Shown: positions 29,525-38,547, numbered from the stretch's first letter. The stretch: DNA of 64,000 nucleotides from Candidatus Omnitrophota bacterium (GCA_018817585.1 JAHITE010000081.1:4549-68548), one strand, 5' to 3'. Notes: generated from the sequence alone by a model not told the origin. Numbers and translations are program-made.

Positions 29525-30151
29525 TTATTCGTACTGAATATCATCTAAATAAAACACGCATCCTTCAGGATTAGCCATAGAGCTGGTTACCCAGGAAAAA
29601 CCACCGCTAATATATGCCAAATCAAGATCAGTTAAGTCAATTGAATATTGCTGCCATTCAGCAGTCAGTTCAATTGGGCCAACACTAGCCGAATCAGTAT
29701 CTGAATATGTTCCGGTTAATCCGCCGATTTTAAACTCCATTATCTGTTCGCCGCCATTTGCGCCGCGCGCCCAGAAAGTAAGTTTAGTCGCGCCAGTCAG
29801 ATTATAACCACCATCTTTTTCACCCCAGTTGTTTGGCGGCCATTGCCAGTACATTCCAGCCCAATTAGCGCCTTGCTTGCCTTCGCCAGTATAAATAATT
29901 TTTATACAGGTTTTTCCAGAATACGGATTTTCTTTTTCGTTTTCCGAAAATTTAATATCACCATAGTCTCCCATCCATCCTGATCCAACATAATGATTTC
30001 CTTTATTACCTCTGTCATAATAAATACCAAACGGAGAGAATCCGCCTGCTGCTTCTTTCTCTGCCGTTCCCTGAGCAATAACAGGCATTACCGCAGCAAA
30101 AAATACTGCTAAAACTACCAAAATCAGTCCTAACTTTTTACTCATATTCAT
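29525..30151 (-). CDS. Secreted beta-sandwich / carbohydrate-binding-module-like protein
   Basis: Signal peptide. C-terminal ...GCVFYLDDIQYE resembles a CBM/galactose-binding-like fold ending. 208 aa. Confidence 0.35.
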   Translation of the reverse strand: MNMSKKLGLILVVLAVFFAAVMPVIAQGTAEKEAAGGFSPFGIYYDRGNKGNHYVGSGWMGDYGDIKFSENEKENPYSGKTCIKIIYTGEGKQGANWAGMYWQWPPNNWGEKDGGYNLTGATKLTFWARGANGGEQIMEFKIGGLTGTYSDTDSASVGPIELTAEWQQYSIDLTDLDLAYISGGFSWVTSSMANPEGCVFYLDDIQYE

Positions 30152-30270
30152 TTACCCCCTTTCAGGCATTCAAAAATATTGCGCTTTTCCAAGTTTAAAC
30201 TACTTACAATGGTTATAAATTATACCATACTGCTTTTTCAATGTCAAATTAGAATTATTTCAAAATTACT

Positions 30271-31404
30271 TTATAAAACCTGGTTTTCTGGCAAATACTG
30301 TTTTAAAATTGCTTGAACAATGCGCTTAGCCGCACTGCCGTCACCATAAGGACTAGCGCTTTTAGACATTTGCAGATAGGCTGAATCGGAGCTTAACAGC
30401 AGATTTACCTGGCTTACAATATTAGCTGTATCCATGCCCACTAATTTTGCCACCCCGGCTTCTAGCCCTTCTTGACGCTCAGTAACTTCCCGCATAACTA
30501 AAATCGGCTTATTAAATGCCGGAGCCTCTTCCTGCACACCTCCGGAATCTGACAAAACTAAATAGCAATTCCTTAAAACATGAACAAAACTCTGATAATC
30601 CAATGGTTTTAGCAAGTGAACATTTTTCAGACCTTTGAGCATCTTATTTACCGGAGTCTGCACATTAGGATTTAAATGTACGGGATAAATAATTTCAACC
30701 TGGGGTAAAGCAGCAATCTGCTGAATTGCCTGACAAATCTGAGCAAAAGGCTGGCCAAAACTCTCTCTACGATGCGCTGTGACTAAAATAACTTTTTTAT
30801 GCTTAAAATCAATTCTTTTAATTTCACAATTAATTATCTTTTTTTTCCGAGCAACATACTGCAAAGCATCAATAACCGGATTGCCGGTTAAAAAAATCTT
30901 GTTCGGCTCTATTTTTTCATTAAGCAGATTTTGCCGCGCTTTTTTTGTCGGCGCAAAATGCATATCAGCAATCAAAGTCATCATCTGACGATTTATTTCT
31001 TCAGGAAAAGGCCGGTATTTGTCAAAAGTGCGTAAACCAGCTTCAACATGGCCCATCGGAATTTTAAGATAAAAAGCTGCTAAACTGGCAATAAAAGCTG
31101 TGGTTGTATCCCCTTCAACCAAGATTAAATTTGGCTTCTCCTTTTCCAGAACCTTGGATAATCTGGCTAAACAGCGGCAGGAGACATCAATTAATGTCTG
31201 ATTTTTCAGCATAATATCCAGATCATAATCCGGCTTAATTTTAAACAGCTGTAAAAACTGATCCACCATCTTCCGATGCTGACCAGTTAAAACAATCAAA
31301 GATTTAATCTGCTTTTTATGCTTAGCCAACTCATGCGCAACCGGCGCAAGTTTAATAACTTCCGGACGTGTGCCAAGGATAGTCATTACCTTAATTTTAG
31401 ACAT
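30271..31404 (-). CDS. wecB: UDP-N-acetylglucosamine 2-epimerase (non-hydrolysing)
   Basis: MKVMTILGTRPEVIKLAPV N-terminus; HVEAGLRT; 377 aa. Confidence 0.9.
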   Translation of the reverse strand: MSKIKVMTILGTRPEVIKLAPVAHELAKHKKQIKSLIVLTGQHRKMVDQFLQLFKIKPDYDLDIMLKNQTLIDVSCRCLARLSKVLEKEKPNLILVEGDTTTAFIASLAAFYLKIPMGHVEAGLRTFDKYRPFPEEINRQMMTLIADMHFAPTKKARQNLLNEKIEPNKIFLTGNPVIDALQYVARKKKIINCEIKRIDFKHKKVILVTAHRRESFGQPFAQICQAIQQIAALPQVEIIYPVHLNPNVQTPVNKMLKGLKNVHLLKPLDYQSFVHVLRNCYLVLSDSGGVQEEAPAFNKPILVMREVTERQEGLEAGVAKLVGMDTANIVSQVNLLLSSDSAYLQMSKSASPYGDGSAAKRIVQAILKQYLPENQVL

Positions 31405-31447
31405 CTATATTATTTCCCATTATTTAAAAATTAAACATTAAATTAAA

Positions 31448-31768
31448 TCACTTAACAATACTGCCGCTGGCAACCGGTTTATCCGGGCACAATACCGCCA
31501 CGCTATTCTCATCAGAAGCAGCCAGCATCATCCCCTGACTTTCCACGCCTCTTAAAACAACCGGTGCCAGATTATCCACTACCACTACCTGCTTGCCAAC
31601 CAGCTGTTCTTTTTCATATTTTAATTTTAATCCAGCAACAATTTGCTTTTCCACACCGCCAACATCGATTTTTATAATATACAGCTTATTGGCATCAGGA
31701 TGATCTAAAACCTCTTTGATTGTGGCGATTTTTAGTTCCATTTTTTTAAATTCTTCAAACGTAATCAT
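31448..31768 (-). CDS. tRNA-binding domain protein (CsaA/Trbp111-like)
   Basis: FKKMELKIATIKEVLDHPDADKLYIIKIDVG EMAP/Myf-like OB fold; 106 aa. Confidence 0.75.
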   Translation of the reverse strand: MITFEEFKKMELKIATIKEVLDHPDANKLYIIKIDVGGVEKQIVAGLKLKYEKEQLVGKQVVVVDNLAPVVLRGVESQGMMLAASDENSVAVLCPDKPVASGSIVK

Positions 31769-31793
31769 TATTTCCCCTTATCGTTAATTAAAA

Positions 31794-32300
31794 TTATAAT
31801 TTTTGATAATTATAGATTTTAATTCTGCCGGTCGCATTGACAATTGTTAAAGTATAATACTTGCCCTGCGAATTTTTTAAAAAAATGCTGGCATTGTCTT
31901 CGGCACTACCGGTTATATTAAAAATTTCAGCAGGCCGGCTGATCAGAACATGTGAATCAACCGGCAAAGTAGTGCTTTCAATTATTACTCCGGACGCGGT
32001 TTTCATTGAAGTAGTAATTAATTGCCTGGTTAATTGATCTGGTTTGGCAAAAATAAAATACTCAGAATTAGCTGGATCAAAAGCAACTCCATGCTCAATC
32101 TGATGAGTGATCGCCAAACTGCGAGCCTGATTAAGCGCGGCCATAATATTATTTGCTGAGATTTTTAGAGCAGCACCGGCTTTATAATTAAAAAAATACA
32201 CCGTGGTAAGCCCCATGAGCATTGTGATAATGCCTAAGACAACCATCATTTCTATCAAACTAACTGCTTTAATTTTTTTCATAATTAATAAGTATAACAC
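31794..32300 (-). CDS. Prepilin-type N-terminal cleavage/methylation domain protein (type IV pilin / pseudopilin)
   Basis: MKKIKAVSLIEMMVVLGIITMLMGL, with Glu at +5 after the predicted cleavage site. The start is ambiguous (GTG at 32300 or ATG at 32282). Confidence 0.75.
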   Translation of the reverse strand: MLYLLIMKKIKAVSLIEMMVVLGIITMLMGLTTVYFFNYKAGAALKISANNIMAALNQARSLAITHQIEHGVAFDPANSEYFIFAKPDQLTRQLITTSMKTASGVIIESTTLPVDSHVLISRPAEIFNITGSAEDNASIFLKNSQGKYYTLTIVNATGRIKIYNYQKL

Positions 32301-32337
32301 AAAATTTATTCAGATAACAAGGGATAAGAGTATAAAT

Positions 32338-32376
32338 GTGGGGTTAGTGGGGTTAGTGGGGTTAGTGGGGTTAGTG
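32338..32376. repeat. 9-bp tandem repeat (GGGTTAGTG, equivalent to GGGGTTAGT) in 4.3 copies, immediately upstream of the pilin gene promoter.
   Basis: gtg(gggttagtg)x4 read directly from the sequence. A TATACT -10-like hexamer follows on the minus strand. Confidence 0.9.
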
Positions 32377-32399
32377 CGTTGTCGCGTTAACTCGATAAC

Positions 32400-32850
32400 T
32401 CATAGAGAAATAAAAAAAGCCGGTAAGGGTAAACTTACTTTCGGCAACCCAGCCGCCATTGCGCTTTCCACCCTCGACAGTTTTCATTGTATTACTTTTC
32501 CTCCACTTGGGTCATGAAGGCTGGTATAAATAACTGTCGTAAGAATAGACACTTTAGGCCTGTAGCATTGCCTCGAATACAGAGCAAAAACTCAAAACTC
32601 TGCTTTCGAGGGCACTGTTCTGAGTAAATCAAAACAAGTGCCGCCCTCGCTTTTCAGCTCCCGATTGCATCATCCAAAAATGACACAATCCCAATAAATA
32701 GCCATAAATCCCTAGCTCTGGGCTAAGCGATCAATCAAAAACAATGAATTGACCAGCAAAGTGGGATCTCAATCACAGCATATCAAATCAATGAACTTGA
32801 GAGAGTTTGCCCTTATCGACTCTAATATAGATTGTACCATACAAATTGAA
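32400..32850 (-). ncRNA. Candidate structured non-coding RNA (~450 nt) of unknown class.
   Basis: A 600-bp gap with no ORF of 60 aa or more and GC clearly above the flanks. Extended -10 promoter TGcTATAAT on the minus strand (~32858-32866). Intrinsic terminator hairpin plus T7 on the minus strand (~32405-32435). Multiple long GC stems, e.g. cgagggcggcac...gtgccctcg and cctcgaa...ttcgagg. Confidence 0.45.
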
Positions 32851-32901
32851 TTATAGCAACTCTTTATAAAAGTATTTTTTATCAATAAAAAAATTTATTG
32901 C

Positions 32902-33270
32902 TTAATAACTGTATTCATCTTCAAACACAACCTTAAAATCAAAAATATTTTTAAAATCTTCAATATTATCATCTTCAGTTTTACCTAAAACACCAGCATC
33001 AACCATATTAAATACAATATTGCCAAAGTCCTCAGTAACTTTAACCCCCCAATGCTCAAGCACTGTTCTGGCCATTCTGCCGTATTCACACAAAGCATAG
33101 TCCCTAATACCTTCAGACAGCTCCTTACCGCTAACATGGCCTTTGCGTTTTAAACGCTGCATTGTAAAATTCAAGGCGCCTAGAATAAATGGATAAGCAT
33201 CCAGCTTATATCTTTTATCATGCTCGCAAATTACTGTCAAAACACTTATCATATCTTCTTTTGATTCCAT
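32902..33270 (-). CDS. Hypothetical protein (122 aa, acidic C-terminus)
   Basis: ORF with typical codon usage; no motif recognised. Confidence 0.4.
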   Translation of the reverse strand: MESKEDMISVLTVICEHDKRYKLDAYPFILGALNFTMQRLKRKGHVSGKELSEGIRDYALCEYGRMARTVLEHWGVKVTEDFGNIVFNMVDAGVLGKTEDDNIEDFKNIFDFKVVFEDEYSY

Positions 33271-33301
33271 TTTGCTATTACCTACCTCTAATTTTATTAT
33301 T

Positions 33302-34054
33302 TTAAAATTTAAATTTTCTCAAAGCTTCTATTGCCGAATACGCGGTTAAATCAAACTGTAAAGGAGTTATGGAAACAAAATTATCTTCAATCGCCCGAAT
33401 ATCAGTATCATCGGTTTTTTTAATCCATTGAGCTTTTCCCGTCAACCAATAATATATCCGGCCTCGAGGATCAAGTCTTTTTACAAATTCTTCTTTGTAC
33501 AAGGATTTACCTTGGCGAGTAATCTTAACTCCTTTAATTTTACTTTTTGCCGCGCTGGGGATATTCACATTAAGTAATACTCCGTCCTCAATGCCTTTTT
33601 TCTCAAATTTTTTAGCCAGAGTGCCGGCAAAATCAGCGGCAAAAGAAAAATCATGTTTCTCATATGTTGCTAAAGAAATCGCGATTGAAGGAATGCCAAG
33701 AATAGTTCCCTCGGTTGCCGCGGAAACAGTTCCTGAATACATAATATCTGAACCTAAATTAGGCCCGTGATTTATTCCGGAAATAATCATATGCGGCTTT
33801 TGCTTTAAAACACAGCGCACCGCAATCTTTACACAATCCGCGGGTGTGCCATTAACCGCATAGCCAAAGAATTTCTTATTTTTAATTATTTCCTTTATCC
33901 GCAAAGGCTTGCTCAGGGTTATGGCATGACCAATCGCGCTCTGTTCTGCTTCCGGGGCGCATACAGTTACATCATATTTTTTACTCAAACTCAGATAAAG
34001 CGCGTACAATCCATCTGAATTTATTCCATCATCATTGGTCAATAGTATCCGCAT
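33302..34054 (-). CDS. surE: 5'/3'-nucleotidase SurE
   Basis: MRILLTNDDGINSDGL N-terminal metal-binding motif; 250 aa. Confidence 0.9.
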   Translation of the reverse strand: MRILLTNDDGINSDGLYALYLSLSKKYDVTVCAPEAEQSAIGHAITLSKPLRIKEIIKNKKFFGYAVNGTPADCVKIAVRCVLKQKPHMIISGINHGPNLGSDIMYSGTVSAATEGTILGIPSIAISLATYEKHDFSFAADFAGTLAKKFEKKGIEDGVLLNVNIPSAAKSKIKGVKITRQGKSLYKEEFVKRLDPRGRIYYWLTGKAQWIKKTDDTDIRAIEDNFVSITPLQFDLTAYSAIEALRKFKF

Positions 34055-34134
34055 CCCGCAAACTCCCTGATTTAAATCTTTAATTAAACAGCTTTTGATA
34101 ATCCGCGAAAATTAATTTTAGAAAATAATAATCC

Positions 34135-35160
34135 TTATAAAGAAAATCTACCGAATATCAGCGATTTGCAATTCGAACAATGCCCATTTTTAAGGTTTAA
34201 TTCAACTTCATCATATTCTTTTCTTTTAATTATAATTTTTTTGCATTTCTGGCAATATGTATTTGCCGATAAATGCCCCGGGATATTGCCAATATACACA
34301 TAATTCAGCCCTTCTTTCATCGCCAGCAGCCGAGACTTTTCCAATAAACCCACAGGAGTAGGCACAACATCCTTAAATTCGCCATATGGAAAGAATCTGG
34401 TTAAGTGTAAAGGTGTGTCTTTGCCCAGTTCGGCAAACATCCAGGAAGCAATTTCTTTTATTTCCTTTTCACTGGAATTATATCCGGGAATAATATTAGT
34501 CACAACCTCAACATGCATCGCGTGCTTGCGTTTCGCGTCACTGGCATTACTGAATATAGTATTAATATCCGTTACAGCGGCAATCCGGGTATAACTCTCC
34601 ATAAAAGAGCCTTTAACATCAATACAAAGCCCGTCTGTATATTCCGCGATTGCATCAAAAGCTTTAGAGCCCAGATAACCATTAGTCACTAAACATGTAG
34701 ACAATCCCTCGGATTTCGCTAATTTAAATACATCCAAAACAAATTCAAGCCACATAGTTGGCTCATTATGGGAAAAGGCAATGCCTTTACAGCCGTTTCG
34801 CAATGCTTTTTTAACAACTATTTCCGGACTTAAATCATGGATTTTATTCACAACTTCTTTTACATCACAATGCGATAATCCCCATGACTGGCAGCCATGA
34901 CATTGAAAGTTGCAGCCCAAACCGCCCAACGAAAGCCATAAGCTGCCGGGAAAAAAATTATACATATGCTTTGTTTCTATCGGAGAAATACTGGATAAAG
35001 CAACTTTACCGTATGTAACAGTAATCAGCTGTCCATCTTGATTGTAACGCGTCTGACACCATCCCCACTGACCTTTATCAATAATACATTTACGCATACA
35101 TAAAAAACAGCGTACCGAGTCTTTCATATACGGTTCCCAAAATAAAGCATTTTTCAGCAT
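34135..35160 (-). CDS. AmmeMemoRadiSam-system-type radical SAM enzyme (AmrS-like; PFL-activase-related)
   Basis: N-terminal Cys cluster CFLCMRKC...WGWC. Radical SAM motif GCNFQCHGCQSW. SPIETKHMYNFFPG matches the family hallmark. 341 aa. Confidence 0.7.
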   Translation of the reverse strand: MLKNALFWEPYMKDSVRCFLCMRKCIIDKGQWGWCQTRYNQDGQLITVTYGKVALSSISPIETKHMYNFFPGSLWLSLGGLGCNFQCHGCQSWGLSHCDVKEVVNKIHDLSPEIVVKKALRNGCKGIAFSHNEPTMWLEFVLDVFKLAKSEGLSTCLVTNGYLGSKAFDAIAEYTDGLCIDVKGSFMESYTRIAAVTDINTIFSNASDAKRKHAMHVEVVTNIIPGYNSSEKEIKEIASWMFAELGKDTPLHLTRFFPYGEFKDVVPTPVGLLEKSRLLAMKEGLNYVYIGNIPGHLSANTYCQKCKKIIIKRKEYDEVELNLKNGHCSNCKSLIFGRFSL

Positions 35161-35164
35161 ATAA

Positions 35165-36895
35165 TTATTTCCTTCCCTGCAAATTAAACATTTGCTTAAT
35201 TTCTTCTACGGTAGTAGCATCTTTGGCTGCCTTATCAATGCGGATAAAACCTACTGTACGCGGGAAGCGCAAAGCATAACCAGTATCATCCTTACTATCT
35301 TTACCGCATGTATGCACCGGACTTTGAGTGATTTCATCAGCCTGGACTTCCACTACATAGAGCGGATCAACCCACACATCAGGCACAATTAAGGACTCAA
35401 CATTTTTCGGCATAAAATTTATTTTGATTTTATCAAGAGTTTCCTTAAACCGGACTAATTCATCGTCACTTAATCCAGTACCTATTTTAGCAATTGTTTT
35501 AAACCTGCCTACCGTTGGATCATAAACAGCAGCTAATAGGGATCCAATGCCAAATGCCGCTCTCAATCCTTTGCCAAAAAAATAGCCGATAATAACACAA
35601 TCAATCGTATCATTTAAATTGTCGGAATACGACTGTTTTAATTTTATCCAATTAAAATTTCTTCCTCCGGCCTTATATTCACCATCCAGGCGTTTGGCAA
35701 CAATGCCTTCCCGGCCCTGGGCAATAGCATCTTCAAATATTTCAGTTAAACGCTGGGCTGTTTTTACTTCTTCAACCGGAGATAATTCCAAAACCTTGCC
35801 TTTTTTGATCAACTCTGACATAATCTGCCGTCTTTGACTAAAAGCATACTGAGTTAAATCTTTATCCGCGTACAAAAGATCAAACACAAAAATCTTCAAA
35901 GGAAATTTTTCCCGAATGGATTCAATGCCATGCTTGCGCTTTCGCTGTACAGTTGTCTGAAAAGGCAAACACTGTCCGGTAGCTGGATCATAAGCCAAAG
36001 CTTCACCCTCGAAAATCACATTGCTTTCTTTTATCTGATCAAGAGTCCCCTGAATAATCTCCGGAAACATATGAGTTGTATTTTCCAGATTACGCGAAAA
36101 AATCTGAACTTTGTTGCCCATTTTATGCACTTGACAGCGGAACCCGTCATATTTTTCTTCCACAGCGCAAGTTCCGATTTTTTCAATAATCTCTTCTGGT
36201 CCGGATAATCGCGCTGCCAAGGCAACCCGAATCGGACAGCCGACCATTACTTTAAAATCAATAATACTGCTAATCCCCTTGGTAAATAATATTTTCGCCA
36301 CCAAGCCAAGATCAGAACAAAGATTATAAGCCCGCTCCAAATCCGGGCGTAAAAGTTTATCCTGATTATAGGCAAGGGAAAGACTGTCTAAAACAGTAGG
36401 ATCACCTACCCCCAATCTCAGCTTGCCTAAAATTATCCGAATAATATATTTTGCCTCAAGCGGACTGGCATTTTTTAATAAATCAGCAAGAAATTCGATT
36501 TTACGAGCCACTGATCCATCACCGGAAAACTCAGCGAGTTTTTCTAAATTCGCGTAAACCTGACTAATACTTAAAACTTCTAAATGATCTAAACAAACCT
36601 TTTCCGCGACTAATCCATAATCCCCAAGCTGATGAACCATTGCTTCAATATCATTTGATATCCCGCCGGTTGCCTGAACAATAGCGCGATGAATAAGTTT
36701 TTCACTGATTCCAAACTCAATATTGCGAAATGAAGGCAACAGCTGCCCCTGCGTAAGATAGATAATTTCATCTATTTTTTCTTTTTCTACTGGATCAAGA
36801 TTAGTAAAAAGCTCAGCTAAAATATCAGTCATCTCCAGCCGTTTAGCGGTATTTTCCAGCTTTTGAAAATAAGCAGCCAGTTGTTTAAATTTCAT
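35165..36895 (-). CDS. lig: ATP-dependent DNA ligase (LigI/archaeal-type, three-domain)
   Basis: Adenylation motif I EEKYDGFR (KxDG); OB domain; N-terminal DNA-binding domain; 576 aa. Confidence 0.85.
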   Translation of the reverse strand: MKFKQLAAYFQKLENTAKRLEMTDILAELFTNLDPVEKEKIDEIIYLTQGQLLPSFRNIEFGISEKLIHRAIVQATGGISNDIEAMVHQLGDYGLVAEKVCLDHLEVLSISQVYANLEKLAEFSGDGSVARKIEFLADLLKNASPLEAKYIIRIILGKLRLGVGDPTVLDSLSLAYNQDKLLRPDLERAYNLCSDLGLVAKILFTKGISSIIDFKVMVGCPIRVALAARLSGPEEIIEKIGTCAVEEKYDGFRCQVHKMGNKVQIFSRNLENTTHMFPEIIQGTLDQIKESNVIFEGEALAYDPATGQCLPFQTTVQRKRKHGIESIREKFPLKIFVFDLLYADKDLTQYAFSQRRQIMSELIKKGKVLELSPVEEVKTAQRLTEIFEDAIAQGREGIVAKRLDGEYKAGGRNFNWIKLKQSYSDNLNDTIDCVIIGYFFGKGLRAAFGIGSLLAAVYDPTVGRFKTIAKIGTGLSDDELVRFKETLDKIKINFMPKNVESLIVPDVWVDPLYVVEVQADEITQSPVHTCGKDSKDDTGYALRFPRTVGFIRIDKAAKDATTVEEIKQMFNLQGRK

Positions 36896-36898
36896 AAA

Positions 36899-37351
36899 TC
36901 ACTCGTATCCTTGTTTCCTAATCAGCTGCAGCGCTTTTTCCACAACCCCGCGCTCAGACTCAAAACTCAGTTTTTCTAAAGCTTTATCTATTGGCAGCCA
37001 TTCTACAGCATCAACTTCTCGATCATATTCCCGCGAAACCGTAGCCAGTTTTTTCATTAAAAAAAAGCGTACTGTTTTATCAAGCTCTAATTGGCGTTTT
37101 GGGTCAGTGTATTTATAATAAATGTCTTTAATATGTTCAATTATTATCGCTTTTACCCCTGTCTCTTCCGCTACTTCCCGGATTGCTGCCTGCTCAGAAG
37201 TTTCCCCGGATTCAAGCTTTCCCTTGGGCAAACACCACTCTGTCGCGTTTTTCCGGCTATATATTACAATCATCGGCAGCTGCTTGATAAAATTAAATAC
37301 AACCGCGCCGGCGGAAATTTCCTGTTTAGTTTTATACATAAACACACTCAT
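36899..37351 (-). CDS. NUDIX hydrolase
   Basis: Nudix box GKLESGETSEQAAIREVAEETGV; 150 aa. Confidence 0.85.
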   Translation of the reverse strand: MSVFMYKTKQEISAGAVVFNFIKQLPMIVIYSRKNATEWCLPKGKLESGETSEQAAIREVAEETGVKAIIIEHIKDIYYKYTDPKRQLELDKTVRFFLMKKLATVSREYDREVDAVEWLPIDKALEKLSFESERGVVEKALQLIRKQGYE

Positions 37352-37353
37352 TA

Positions 37354-38286
37354 TTATTCTTCAGGCAAAACCACTTGATTTTTTTCCTGAGATAAATATT
37401 GCTCTAAGGCCTGTTTCCAAAGACAAAGCTTTTTACCTGTAATTTTCTCAAACCGGCTTTTATCCATCACGGAAAACTTCGGTCTTTTCGCGGCACGCGC
37501 TATATAATCAGAATCAACCGGCTCAAGCTTTGCCTTTATTCCGGTTAATTCCAGGATTGCCTGCGCGAATTCAAACCAGCTGCATTGTCCGGAATTACTC
37601 ACATGGTAAATCCCATAGCTAGATTGCTCTGATTCAGATTGAAAAACCGATTTAGTCAGCCAAAACAAAGCTTGGGCTAAACTCAAGGTATATGTAGGCG
37701 ATCCGATTTGATCATTTACAACTTTAAGATCTCCATCAGCTCGCGCCTTATTAACAATTGCTTTAACAAAATTTTTCCCCTTAGTTCCAAACAGCCAGCT
37801 GGTTCTTACAATAATATACTCCGTCAAGCAAGCAGCAACGCGCTGTTCTGCTGCTAATTTGGAACATCCATAATAATTAAGCGGATAGGGTTTATCGGTT
37901 TCAATATAAGCAGTTTTTTTATTTCCATCAAACACATAATCAGTACTGATAAAAATCAGTTTCGCGTTATACTGCTGACATAAAAAAGCAATGTTCTCTG
38001 TTCCCAGAACATTCACTGCTTTTGCCTGTTCCTGCTCTGACTCAGCGAGATCAACATTAGTAAAAGCCGCGCCATGAATTACCATCCACGGTTTTATCTG
38101 TAAAAATAAAGCCTCCAGATCTTTTCGCTGAGTTATATCAGCTAAAAAAACTCTCGGTTTATCAGTGTCCGGATTTATATCAATACCGTAGACTTCATAA
38201 TCAGAATCAAATACTTGGCTTAAGTCCTGGCCAAGCATGCCCTGAATCCCTGTAATTAAGATCTTTTTTTTAATTTTTCCCATCAT
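37354..38286 (-). CDS. rmlD: dTDP-4-dehydrorhamnose reductase
   Basis: N-terminal KILITGIQGMLGQDL Rossmann motif; RmlD-like length and pattern; 310 aa. Confidence 0.7.
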   Translation of the reverse strand: MMGKIKKKILITGIQGMLGQDLSQVFDSDYEVYGIDINPDTDKPRVFLADITQRKDLEALFLQIKPWMVIHGAAFTNVDLAESEQEQAKAVNVLGTENIAFLCQQYNAKLIFISTDYVFDGNKKTAYIETDKPYPLNYYGCSKLAAEQRVAACLTEYIIVRTSWLFGTKGKNFVKAIVNKARADGDLKVVNDQIGSPTYTLSLAQALFWLTKSVFQSESEQSSYGIYHVSNSGQCSWFEFAQAILELTGIKAKLEPVDSDYIARAAKRPKFSVMDKSRFEKITGKKLCLWKQALEQYLSQEKNQVVLPEE

Positions 38287-38445
38287 TTTGAATTATTTTT
38301 CATACCATTCTAAAACCTGATCAAAATCAAATACAGGTTTAAATCCTAATTTTTTGAATATCCAAACTATATTTTCGGTCATGCCCTAATCTGTCGGGAA
38401 CATAAACATACCTTTAACTTAGATTTCAAGAGGACATAGACCCAA

Positions 38446-38474
38446 ATTTTAGCACAGAAAGCACTGAGTGTCAA
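38446..38474 (-). promoter_or_regulatory. Sigma70-type promoter for rmlD (-35 TTGACA, 17-nt spacer, -10 TAAAAT on the minus strand).
   Basis: Read directly: forward tgtcaa at 38469-38474 and atttta at 38446-38451. Confidence 0.55.
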
Positions 38475-38510
38475 ATAATCATCTCTGCGGAAAAAATGAA
38501 TTTTTCGCCA

Positions 38511-38547
38511 AATTTTCCCGCTTTTCCCGCTTTTCCCGCTTTTCCCC
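38511..38547. repeat. 9-bp tandem repeat CTTTTCCCG (3 perfect and 2 imperfect copies) abutting the -35 of the plus-strand promoter.
   Basis: aattttcccg-cttttcccg-cttttcccg-cttttcccc, then TTGCTA (-35), 17 nt, TATACT (-10) at 38548-38576. Confidence 0.9.

Noticed and set aside
32338-32376. The 9-bp repeats and the 38511-38547 array as possible CRISPR arrays
   Set aside because: The units are 9 bp with no spacers and there are no cas genes. These are simple tandem microsatellites, not CRISPR.
32203-32517. 104-aa plus-strand ORF spanning the 9-bp repeat array (translates to a VGLVGLVGLV repeat)
   Set aside because: It overlaps the pilin gene start on the opposite strand. The repeat peptide is simply the translation of the DNA microsatellite. 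It has no RBS.
32455-32571. 38-aa ORF (MKTVEGGKRNGGWVAESKFTLTGFFYFSMSYRVNATTH) inside the ncRNA candidate
   Set aside because: The spacing from the GGAGG to the ATG is poor (12 nt) and the ORF reads straight through the terminator hairpin and the repeat array. Judged a chance ORF.
32400-32850. Tested whether the ncRNA candidate is tmRNA, RNase P RNA or SRP RNA
   Set aside because: I could not find the conserved P4 strands of RNase P (AGGAAAGUCCGGGCUC / ACAGAAnCCGGCUUA), a tmRNA tRNA-like 3' end with an ANDENYALAA-type tag frame, or the SRP domain IV GGAAGCAGCC motif on either strand. The class therefore remains unknown and was not called as any of these.
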